Part shown: piece after piece, positions 52,997 to 61,444 of the stretch
Position numbering within the stretch: the first letter of the stretch is position 1
How the letters are laid out: every line of letters begins with the position of its first letter
From: Candidatus Bathyarchaeota archaeon
GTDB taxonomy: Archaea; Thermoproteota; Bathyarchaeia; Bathyarchaeales; Bathycorpusculaceae
Reading direction: 5' to 3'
Assembly (NCBI GenBank): GCA_963775685.1
Contig: CAVZJV010000014.1
Location: 736,001-800,000, forward strand
DNA: 64,000 bases
The notes under the pieces: model-generated
Seen by the model: only the letters and a program-made list of their open reading frames with translations
Told to the model about the DNA's origin: nothing
Databases searched by the model: none
Made by a program: the position numbers and the translations under genes

Positions 52997-53065
52997 CACA
53001 TTAGAATTTAATGTGTAATCTGCAGATAAATTTTTTGTTTTGTCAGTCGAGGTGCTTCCGACTGA
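52997..53065. promoter_or_regulatory. Two palindromic operator candidates between TrmB and paralog 3
   Basis: CACATTA-N5-TAATGTG (52997-53015) and TCAGTCG-N9-CGACTGA (53043-53065), the latter just before a TTATTA box. Confidence 0.45.
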
Positions 53066-53129
53066 GGCTTATTAGCTTTGCAATATAAACAAGCGATTGC
53101 GAAAATAAAAAATAGGAGAAGAAAAATAC

Positions 53130-55772
53130 ATGAAAATTCTAAAAAATAAGACTGCGGCCATAGCAATTGCTTTGCTCTTGATGTTTTCGATGTCGACTTC
53201 AACTACGCTATTACCAACCGCTACAGCGCATACACCCCCGTTTGTTTATCCGACATACGCGTTTATCAGTGTTCAACCAACCCCCGTTGGTATAGGTCAA
53301 CAAGTGTCTGTTAACTTTTGGATTGATAAGGCAGTGCTGACAGCCAATGGCGTTTATGGTGACAGATGGCAAAATTTCATGGTGAACGTTACTAAACCAG
53401 ATGACACCACTGAAAAGTTGGGGCCATTCACATCCGATGCAGCAGGAGGAGGACACACTTATTACACGCCCAGCACCCTCGGCAACTACACTTTCGTCTT
53501 CAGCTTTCCAGGACAAACATTATTAGGCGCCAATCCAGGCCCATCAGGCACATCTAATCCTAACAACATTGGCGATTATTTCGAACCCAGCACAAGTGCA
53601 CCATATATATTGTTTGTACAACAAGAGCCATCGCCACTTTTGCCAACAAACCCGCTCCCAACAAACTATTGGACACGCCCCATATTTGACAACAACTTGG
53701 CGTGGTACCCGATCGCCGGAAACTGGCTTGGCGGCGGCGCCGGAGGAAATAGTGGATGTGTTTACAATTCTACATCAAACTACGCTCCATACAGCACAGT
53801 CCCAACTACTGCCCACATAATGTGGACAAAACCATATGCCCCCGGAGGACTCATCGGGGGAGAATTTGGCGGCAACCAAGTGAACAGCAACTTCTATGCA
53901 ACCTCCCAATATGAACAAAAATTCGCTGGAGTTATCATCAACGGAGTATTGTACCGGACTTTAGAACCAGGGTCCACTAACAACTACATGGGCTGGGAAG
54001 CAACAGATCTGCGAACTGGAAAAACAATATGGTATCAAAATCAGTCTGCTACCACATGGCTAAGGATGGGTCAAATATTTGATTATGTTTCAATCAACCA
54101 ATTCGGAGGTCTCGCATACTTATGGGCCAATCTACCAACAGTAGCTCCCAACACAGGCAATACTTATGGCATGTACGACGCAATGACGGGAGGATGGATA
54201 TTGAACATAGTTAATGGCACCGCGCCGACGTGGGCGCAGGGACCCAACGGAGAGGTGTTAGGATACTATATCAACTCGACCTCAAAAACGCTGAACATGT
54301 GGAACTCAACCCAAGCCATCTTAAGAGGACCAACTGGAAGGGGGGACACGAATAGTCAGACATGGAGACCTAGTGCAGGAGCGTCTATTCCATGGTCATA
54401 CGGAGTGCAATGGACAGTGCCGATGGTCACGACGATAAAATTAGCCAATGGAACCACGGTAGACATCAATGAACAATATGCCCAAGATTCGGGAGATACT
54501 GATTTTCCTCTAGCCATAACTAAAGTCGCCGACATAATACTCGTAGATAATAGCTTGGCAGGGGGCAGGTTTGACGAGCCAGGTTACATAATTCAAGAAG
54601 CTTACAGCCCAATCGACGGGCATCTGCTGTGGGGCCCGTTAAACCAAACGATGACGCCGTTTGTTAGGACATCGATAGCTGCTATCGGAGATGGAGTTTA
54701 CACTCTTTTCATTTATGCAACGCAGTCATTTTATGGCTACAGCACAGCTACAGGAAAGCAGATCTGGGGACCCGTATCAATAGCAGTCGAAGATAATCCA
54801 TGGGGATACTATATTACCCACGCGGTAATCGGCGCTAACAACCAAATGTACGTGGATACATTCGGAGGGAACGTATGGGCTCTTGACATCACAAACGGAG
54901 CAATCATATGGCATAACAGCACTAATGCAGTCTCAAGTAGAGGAGTCGCAGGAGCGAATACTCCTTACGGTGTGTGGACTATCGCGAACGCTCCGGTCTT
55001 AACCAACGGAGCGTTTGTCACTATGGGAGGCCACTTATACAGCCCACCACTATATAATGGAGGCTCGATGTGTGTCTGGAACACGACTAACGGAAACCTA
55101 TTATGGGAGATCCTGGATTTCGCCACTTCAAACGGTGGTGAAGCCACTGTTGGCGACGGTTACATGGTGGTGACAAATGGCTATGACAATCAGTTGTACT
55201 GCTATGGCAAAGGACCAAGCCAAACAACTGTTATCGCACCTAACGTTGGCGTGACAACCTCAACACCAATAACGATAAGAGGAACAGTTACAGACATCGC
55301 TTCAGGCTCACAACAAGACGCAATGATAGCAAACTTCCCCAACGGTCTACCAGCTGTATCTGACGCAAGCATGACACCATTCATGGAAGCAGTTTATGAA
55401 CAGCAGCCAATGCCACATAACATAACCGGAGTCCCAGTAACAATATCTGTTACAGATTCTAATGGCAACTACAGAGATATCGGCACCACTACAAGCAATG
55501 CATATGGCACTTATAGTCTTAATTGGACACCAGACATTCCAGGCAACTACGAAGTCACTGCAACCTTTGCAGGCACAGAATCTTATTATCCATCCTCAGC
55601 AGCAACAGCCTTCTATGCTAGCGAGCCAGCAGCAACAACTGCGCCAATTGCTACCCCTGTATCAAACTCTGCAACAACGAGCGATCTTATGATAGGTATA
55701 GCTGCAATCATTGTTGTAATAGTCATAATTGGCATTGTATTGGTATTGCTGACGCTTAGAAAACGACCATAA
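53130..55772 (+). CDS. PQQ-like beta-propeller surface protein (paralog 3)
   Basis: Signal peptide, PTPVGIGQ, LPTNYWTRPI, DLRTGKTIW blades, YDNQLYCYGKGPS, TM + LRKRP. Confidence 0.9.
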   Translation: MKILKNKTAAIAIALLLMFSMSTSTTLLPTATAHTPPFVYPTYAFISVQPTPVGIGQQVSVNFWIDKAVLTANGVYGDRWQNFMVNVTKPDDTTEKLGPFTSDAAGGGHTYYTPSTLGNYTFVFSFPGQTLLGANPGPSGTSNPNNIGDYFEPSTSAPYILFVQQEPSPLLPTNPLPTNYWTRPIFDNNLAWYPIAGNWLGGGAGGNSGCVYNSTSNYAPYSTVPTTAHIMWTKPYAPGGLIGGEFGGNQVNSNFYATSQYEQKFAGVIINGVLYRTLEPGSTNNYMGWEATDLRTGKTIWYQNQSATTWLRMGQIFDYVSINQFGGLAYLWANLPTVAPNTGNTYGMYDAMTGGWILNIVNGTAPTWAQGPNGEVLGYYINSTSKTLNMWNSTQAILRGPTGRGDTNSQTWRPSAGASIPWSYGVQWTVPMVTTIKLANGTTVDINEQYAQDSGDTDFPLAITKVADIILVDNSLAGGRFDEPGYIIQEAYSPIDGHLLWGPLNQTMTPFVRTSIAAIGDGVYTLFIYATQSFYGYSTATGKQIWGPVSIAVEDNPWGYYITHAVIGANNQMYVDTFGGNVWALDITNGAIIWHNSTNAVSSRGVAGANTPYGVWTIANAPVLTNGAFVTMGGHLYSPPLYNGGSMCVWNTTNGNLLWEILDFATSNGGEATVGDGYMVVTNGYDNQLYCYGKGPSQTTVIAPNVGVTTSTPITIRGTVTDIASGSQQDAMIANFPNGLPAVSDASMTPFMEAVYEQQPMPHNITGVPVTISVTDSNGNYRDIGTTTSNAYGTYSLNWTPDIPGNYEVTATFAGTESYYPSSAATAFYASEPAATTAPIATPVSNSATTSDLMIGIAAIIVVIVIIGIVLVLLTLRKRP

Positions 55773-55789
55773 AAAAGCCAAACAAACAA

Positions 55790-55811
55790 AAACTATCTTC
55801 CCCTTTTTTAG
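55790..55811 (+). terminator. Oligo-T terminator conserved across the beta-propeller family
   Basis: AACTATCTTCCCCTTTTTTAG; near-identical tracts follow all five paralogs (about 11825, 13205, 60465 and 61410). Confidence 0.6.
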
Positions 55812-55840
55812 TCCAAAAAATGCATTGGAGAAAAAAGCGC

Positions 55841-55939
55841 GCTGATTAGGCTTTGGATAAATTTAACTGTTGAAGCTGCAATCAAAATAGGTTTATGCAT
55901 TTTTCCTCTTCTCTCCTATTTCGGTTCTAGAGCCTCAGC
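55841..55939 (+). ncRNA. Conserved bulged stem-loop element E2
   Basis: GCTGA-tta-GGCTTTGG...CTAGAGCC-TCAGC, differences tolerated as G-U pairs. Confidence 0.55.
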
Positions 55940-56110
55940 AAACCCTAACCTTTGAACGCTTAAGAAATATGCATTTCTGATTAACAACCAGACTCACAAG
56001 ACTCTGCCCTGCAATGTACATGCATCGACTTTGCTCAAATTTTTCTGGAAAATTTTCGGACGCACTCGTGCGCTCGAGGTTGGTCTTTGAACGGATTTTA
56101 ACATTTCTGC

Positions 56111-56294
56111 TCATGCGGAATTGTTCTGAACGGATTTTTTGGTTGTCGCTATGTGTTCGCCTTGGACGACTTCCAACTGCCATTCCAAAGTGTCGCCCGG
56201 CTGGAGCCCCAAGAAGACGACTACTCCTTCAGGAACTGTCGCTCTAAACTTTAGAGTTTGGGTGCGCTATCGATGTTTTTGATTTTAGGCTCAT
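56111..56294 (-). pseudogene. AbrB/MazE/SpoVT-like small DNA-binding protein, frameshifted
   Basis: MSLKSKTSIAHPNSK-(shift)-RATVPEGVVVFLGLQPGDTLEWQLEVVQGEHIATTKK. Confidence 0.6.
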
Positions 56295-56399
56295 GCTTAA
56301 ATCATTGTTTCATTATTGATAGTTTTTAAAAAATGCAGAAAACGCCCCGCTATTTTTGTTATCCTTAATTAAGCTCAGTCAAACTCCGTTTGGTTTTTC

Positions 56400-57395
56400 T
56401 TAAAAGGTTGAAATATATTGATGAGGGCCAGGCCAAACAGGTGGAATCCTTCTCAATGTTCCTTCCATTTTTTTGATATGGGGTATTTTGAGAATTTCGT
56501 CATTTATTCTGATGATATCCTTACAATCTTTTACCAGAGCGACTGCTGATAAATCAAAATTGCCGCTAATTTTTACAATATATGAAACACCCGGTATTTT
56601 TGACAATTTGTCGGTAATTCTATTGACTTCCGATTGGTCAGCCAATGCCAAACTTATTTCTAGGATATTCTGAAAACCTACCTCTAGAGGATTAAATTGA
56701 ATTACAGCTTTAATATAATTGCCCATCTTAAGCTTTTCATATCTTCTTGAAACCGTCGCTGTTGATACACCTATCTGTTGACCCAATCTGTTGAATGTTA
56801 AGCGCCCATTTAACATAAGTGCATCAATAATTTTCTGATCAACCGCATCAAGATTATAAGTTGGTGCTTTTGTTGGAACTGTTACATCGCTAATGTCACA
56901 ATCTGGGTCAGAAAAAATGTTTTCAGGTATATTTCTACAATCAGTCCAAATATAGGTTTTGAAATCATTAATCTGATTTTGTCTATTTATAGATTGTTTG
57001 ACATTTTCAAGATCCCTTAAATTCTTTAAAAGCACTATAGCTGCCACGTTGTAAATGGAGTTATAATATTTGAACGCTCCTCCATTGAGGAATAGAATTT
57101 TTTGCAGCCTACTGCAAACATCTTCCACATTCTGGGACTCGACATTCATCATTATCATGGCAACAGCATCAAAGCCTAATTTGGGAACATTAATTTCTAT
57201 TGTGGAACCGACAATAATGTCTGACCTTTTCAATTCAATGAAATGTTTCCAAATGACTTTATCGGAGGTTTGACAATTTTTTGCGATGTCAGTAAAGTTT
57301 GTCCTCCCATCTCTTAAAAGCGCTTTAAGTATTTTGATGTCAATTTGTTCGAGGTCTCGCATAGCTGTAATTTTATTCTTAGCTAAATAAATCAT
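56400..57395 (-). CDS. Lrp/AsnC family regulator, tandem duplicated
   Basis: IDIKILKALLRDGRTNFTDIAK and LDAVDQKIIDALMLNGRLTFNRLGQQIGVSTATVSRR HTHs, each followed by a RAM domain. Confidence 0.88.
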   Translation of the reverse strand: MIYLAKNKITAMRDLEQIDIKILKALLRDGRTNFTDIAKNCQTSDKVIWKHFIELKRSDIIVGSTIEINVPKLGFDAVAMIMMNVESQNVEDVCSRLQKILFLNGGAFKYYNSIYNVAAIVLLKNLRDLENVKQSINRQNQINDFKTYIWTDCRNIPENIFSDPDCDISDVTVPTKAPTYNLDAVDQKIIDALMLNGRLTFNRLGQQIGVSTATVSRRYEKLKMGNYIKAVIQFNPLEVGFQNILEISLALADQSEVNRITDKLSKIPGVSYIVKISGNFDLSAVALVKDCKDIIRINDEILKIPHIKKMEGTLRRIPPVWPGPHQYISTF

Positions 57396-57762
57396 CTGCT
57401 TTAATATACTTCTTCAAATGTAGAAAGCCCAGTAAATAAACGATAAATTTTGGGTTTCCTTTATAAAATTTTTAAAAATACAATCCGCTTTTTAATACCT
57501 TGGATAAATTTAAAAACGAATTACCAATATAAAATTATACTTTTTACCTCTTATTTTAAACGTTCAATCTCGCATATAGGATTATTATTTAGAGCTGGAT
57601 CAGCTCTAATCTGAAAAATAATCGCTATGAAAAAGTAGATTGTTAGATTTAATTTCATAATTTATCCTTATTATGGCAAAGCTTATAAGCGTTCTTCATA
57701 AGCGTACCGAGAGAGAAAGTGCTTTGGCGCGATCTCTAAAAATTAAAGGAAGAAAAGAACAA

Positions 57763-60447
57763 ATGCAAAATCTTAAAGGTAAAACCTTAGCTATTTTGAT
57801 CGCATCAATCTTAACAGTTTCAATGGGATCTACAACTGTTCTATTGCCAATTGCTAACGCTCACACACCGCCTTATCAAATTCCAACATATGCTTTCATC
57901 AATGTTGCACCTAATCCTGCAGGCTTAGGACAGTCAGTTAACATTGGATTCTGGCTTGGCCAACCCACCCCGACAGCAGGCACAATTTACGGTGACAGAT
58001 GGTCAGGCATGACATTAAAAGTCACAAAACCCGATGGTACCACAGAAACCCTAGGTCCATTTACTGCTGATGATACAGGCGGAACATACAGTAGCTACAC
58101 ACCAAACCAACTTGGCAACTACACTTTCCAAATGAGTTTTCCAGGACAAACATTAGAAGGCACTAACCCCCCTCCGAGAGGATATTCTCCTGCAGTACAA
58201 GAAGATATTGGCGACTACTATGAGCCAAGTACCAGTGAAATAGCAACGCTTGCAGTGCAACAAGAGCCGATACCACTTATTCCGCAGAATCCGCTTCCAA
58301 CAACCTACTGGACTCGCCCAGTACAATCTGGGAACAGCTTATGGTATCAAATTACTGGCAACTGGCTTGGACTAGGCTCTTTATTTAGCGCTAGCACTGG
58401 CATGTACAATGCAACTGGAAACTACAATCCATACACTACAGCGCCGACAACCGCCCACGTTCTATGGACAAAGCCTATAGCATTCGGAGGTTTAATCGGT
58501 GGAGAATTCGGCGGAACAGATACAAGCAATTACTATGCAACACGACAGTACGAAAGAATGTTCCAGCCAATAATCATGAACGGTATACTATACTACGAAG
58601 AATACCCCGAAAGTACTCAAAACCCAACGGGTTGGGCAGCAGTAAACTTAAAGACAGGACAAACACTGTGGAGAGAAGATTCTACCAACTATGGTGGTGG
58701 TTCTCCAGCGCAAACAGCTCTATTACCAAATGGTTTGGTTACAACTCTAAGATGCGGACAATTACTTGATTATATGACTCCCAATCAATACGGGGCCTTA
58801 GCATACTTGTGGAGCACCGGAACCCCTGATGGAATAGTTTCGACTGGAACGACTTGGAACATGTTTGATGCTATGACTGGACAATATGTACTAAGCATTG
58901 TTAACGGTACTTCGCTCTCGCCGCTTGTAGAAGATGACGGGGGAAACTTGATTGGTTACTACGTCAACTCAAGTACTGCTAATGCATATCATGCACCTAC
59001 CTTGAACATGTGGAATTCAACGCAATGCATTGTTGAAGGAACCAACGGAGCTGCGGCTTGGCAATGGAGACCGACACAAAACGCCCAAATTCCGTTTTCG
59101 CTAGGCATAATGTGGTCAATGCCCTTAACTACTAACATTTCAGGTGCTGCTTTGCCTTCGACGCTTTCACTTCCAGGCGGTGCCTACTCTGTTACAGCTG
59201 CAACTTTCAATAGTGGCGTCCTGTTTATGCATGCGTTAGGTTCCACTGGAGGTTCCAGCTACAATACTGGATTTGATATCCAAGCAGGCTACAGTGCGGA
59301 CACAGGGAAACAGTTATGGATAGTTAACAGAACAGAAACGCCTTACACAAGAGTTGATTTTTCACAAACTTCACATGGAGTCTATGTTGAAATCAACCAA
59401 GATACAGCGGCTTGCACTGGTTACAATATCAACACAGGCCAGGTACAGTGGGGTCCAATTACGCTTCCAGATCCTGACCCTTACAACAGCATTGGTAGCT
59501 ATTATGGCCAAGTTGCTGACGGTATGCTCTACTTAAGCAGTTTTGGTGGAAACATCTACGCTATGAACATAGAGACGGGTGCTATCATTTGGCAAACTGA
59601 CACAAACACGCTTACTGGTGAAGCGGGTTCTGACACTCCTTATGGAGTGTGGCCTCTTTGGCAGTTTGGGAACCCAGGAGCTATTGCTGATGGAATGTTA
59701 TTTCTCGGTGAAGGCCATGAATACAGTCCGCCTCTTTTCCGCGGAGCACAGCAACTTGCAATAAATCTTACTGATGGAACGCTTGTTTGGAGCATGACAG
59801 CTTTTGATGTTGACGGCGGTACAGCTATTGCTGATGGAGTAATGCTAGCAGAAAGTTCGTATGATAATCAGATATACGCTTGGGCCATGGGACCGAGCAA
59901 GACAACGGTTACCGCACCTAGTGTTGGCGTAACGACTGCTACACCAGTGACGATTAGGGGGACGGTAAATGATATTTCGGCCGGCACGCAGCAAGAAGCT
60001 GTTGCGGCCAACTTCCCGGGTGGTCTTCCTTGTGTTTCTGACGCAAGCATGACGCTGTGGATGGAATTCGTCTATCAGCAGCAGCTTTGTCCGTCGAACG
60101 TGACTGGTGTTCCAGTAACACTTAGCGTTGTTGACAGTAACGGCAACTACAGACAAATCGGTACAACTACAAGCGATGCTAGCGGTATGTTCACTTACAC
60201 GTGGACACCTGATATTCAAGGTGACTATACTGTTATCGCAAACTTTGCAGGTACACAATCATATTATCCATCTTCTGCTGAAACATCATTCTATGCCAGT
60301 GATGCAGTAACTCCAGTACCAACTGTTGCGCCTCAATCAAACCTAGCAACGACAACAGATCTACTGATGTACATAGCGGTTGCAGCTATTGCAATAATTA
60401 TTGCAATCGCAATTGCTACAGTGCTATTACTCAGGAAAAGACCATAA
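57763..60447 (+). CDS. PQQ-like beta-propeller surface protein (paralog 4)
   Basis: Start MQNLKGKTLAIL after GGAAGAAAAGAAC; family motifs as above; TM + LRKRP. Confidence 0.9.
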   Translation: MQNLKGKTLAILIASILTVSMGSTTVLLPIANAHTPPYQIPTYAFINVAPNPAGLGQSVNIGFWLGQPTPTAGTIYGDRWSGMTLKVTKPDGTTETLGPFTADDTGGTYSSYTPNQLGNYTFQMSFPGQTLEGTNPPPRGYSPAVQEDIGDYYEPSTSEIATLAVQQEPIPLIPQNPLPTTYWTRPVQSGNSLWYQITGNWLGLGSLFSASTGMYNATGNYNPYTTAPTTAHVLWTKPIAFGGLIGGEFGGTDTSNYYATRQYERMFQPIIMNGILYYEEYPESTQNPTGWAAVNLKTGQTLWREDSTNYGGGSPAQTALLPNGLVTTLRCGQLLDYMTPNQYGALAYLWSTGTPDGIVSTGTTWNMFDAMTGQYVLSIVNGTSLSPLVEDDGGNLIGYYVNSSTANAYHAPTLNMWNSTQCIVEGTNGAAAWQWRPTQNAQIPFSLGIMWSMPLTTNISGAALPSTLSLPGGAYSVTAATFNSGVLFMHALGSTGGSSYNTGFDIQAGYSADTGKQLWIVNRTETPYTRVDFSQTSHGVYVEINQDTAACTGYNINTGQVQWGPITLPDPDPYNSIGSYYGQVADGMLYLSSFGGNIYAMNIETGAIIWQTDTNTLTGEAGSDTPYGVWPLWQFGNPGAIADGMLFLGEGHEYSPPLFRGAQQLAINLTDGTLVWSMTAFDVDGGTAIADGVMLAESSYDNQIYAWAMGPSKTTVTAPSVGVTTATPVTIRGTVNDISAGTQQEAVAANFPGGLPCVSDASMTLWMEFVYQQQLCPSNVTGVPVTLSVVDSNGNYRQIGTTTSDASGMFTYTWTPDIQGDYTVIANFAGTQSYYPSSAETSFYASDAVTPVPTVAPQSNLATTTDLLMYIAVAAIAIIIAIAIATVLLLRKRP

Positions 60448-60469
60448 ACACGATAAACCAAACTATCTT

Positions 60470-60520
60470 TCCCCTTTTTTAGTTTAAATTCAAGCGATCA
60501 AACTGGGGCTGAGTGGGCTT
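60470..60520. repeat. 51-bp perfect inverted repeat, left arm (right arm 61366..61416)
   Basis: TCCCCTTTTTTAGTTTAAATTCAAGCGATCAAACTGGGGCTGAGTGGGCTT is the exact reverse complement of 61366..61416. Confidence 0.92.
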
Positions 60521-60588
60521 TGGTTAAAATTCATGATACTAGCCATGTCGTGACTTAGCAATTGCATTGTTATTTCCAGAGCTTCAGC
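60508..60588 (+). ncRNA. Conserved bulged stem-loop element E3
   Basis: GCTGA-gtg-GGCTTTGG...CCAGAGCT-TCAGC; inner hairpin TCATGATA/TGTCGTGA with G-U pairs on this strand. Confidence 0.55.
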
Positions 60589-60632
60589 AACCATTTTTCT
60601 TCACGGCTGCTTTTCTAGTTCAGAAATCATTA

Positions 60633-60696
60633 TGGTGGATCGAGGGATTTGAACCCTTCATCCAGTGGAGATGTCACCCGCATATCCCCTTTTTTA
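60633..60696. repeat. tRNA-3'-like att-site repeat B
   Basis: Reverse complement GGGTTCAAATCCCTCGATCCACCA, plus shared arm CAGTGGAGATGTCACCCGCATATCCCCTTTTT. Confidence 0.6.
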
Positions 60697-60801
60697 TTTA
60701 ACATAGAAGGCCCTTAAAAAATTTCTGTTTTGTAAAGTGTTCGTTTAATTAATGGTTTAATTTATTTAGGGCTCAATTTGTAACTGTTTAGCGTTTTTAG
60801 A

Positions 60802-60864
60802 GAGGGATTAAATTGAACCCACCTCTCAGTGGAGACCTCGATCGCTTATCCCATTTTTTATTTA
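60802..60864. repeat. Degenerate att-like repeat C
   Basis: GAGGGATT..TTGAACCC..CAGTGGAGA..CGCTTATCCCATTTTTTATTTA aligns with repeat B. Confidence 0.5.
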
Positions 60865-60889
60865 CCTATCTTAGCGGTTTTTCGATGCC

Positions 60890-61210
60890 TACTCAAAAGC
60901 TAATATTGATAGAAAGACAACTATAGTCACTATAACGCTGATAGGTAATATGTAATCAGTCAACTCCCAAAGCTGCGAATTTCTATCTGTTGGGAGTGAA
61001 GAGAATACGCTTGGTGAATTGGTTGCTGTCTGATTAGGCGTTGATGTTGGCGGATTTGTTGTTGCAGTTGGGTAGATGAAATTTCTCCAATATAGAAAAC
61101 AATTGGTTCTGATGAATCGGTAAAAGAAATACCTCCTGACTTATCGTGTATGTTTGCGGTAATCACGATGGAGTGAATACAATATGATAAACTAGCAGTC
61201 GTGTGGTTAT
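60890..61210 (-). pseudogene. Remnant C-terminus of a surface protein (S/T/P linker + TM anchor)
   Basis: Fragments PTATTNPPTSTPNQTATNSPS and YILPISVIVTIVVFLSILAF; frameshifted with no N-terminus; boundaries approximate. Confidence 0.4.
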
Positions 61211-61281
61211 TGCTAAAAACCGTCTCTGAGATAACATCAAAGAAATATGTCTTTAAGAAGTGCTAAATATGGTCGGTTATT

Positions 61282-61378
61282 GCTGGGGTTTGGACTCAGT
61301 TACTCTTGGAGAAAAGAAAAATGAAGAAACCAAACCTTGAATGCACACACAGCAAAGGTTATCAGAAGCCCACTCAGC
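61282..61378 (-). ncRNA. Stem-loop element E4 (more divergent)
   Basis: GCTGAGTGGGCTT...GAGTCCAAACCCCAGC; same pyrimidine loop TTCATTTTTCTTTTCTCC. Confidence 0.4.
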
Positions 61379-61416
61379 CCCAGTTTGATCGCTTGAATTT
61401 AAACTAAAAAAGGGGA
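61366..61416. repeat. 51-bp perfect inverted repeat, right arm
   Basis: Exact reverse complement of 60470..60520. Confidence 0.92.
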
Positions 61417-61444
61417 GAAGGATTTTTCCATTTTTGTTTTTACC

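Noticed and set aside
52057-60864. Additional tRNA genes at the GGTTCGAATCCC-like motifs
   Set aside because: Only the T loop and acceptor 3' strand are tRNA-like; no D arm, anticodon arm or matching 5' acceptor strand.
11866-61378. Integron attC sites or hammerhead ribozymes as the identity of E1-E4
   Set aside because: No consistent RYYYAAC/GTTRRRY ends and no IntI in the window; CTGA is base-paired and the hammerhead core is absent.
55809-61407. Conserved antisense peptide (type I toxin) across E1-E4
   Set aside because: The antisense ATGs open different frames across the shared sequence (MHKPILIAAS.., MKKPNLECTH.., MRPVIKSPF..); only one is hydrophobic. Kept as an alternative explanation only.
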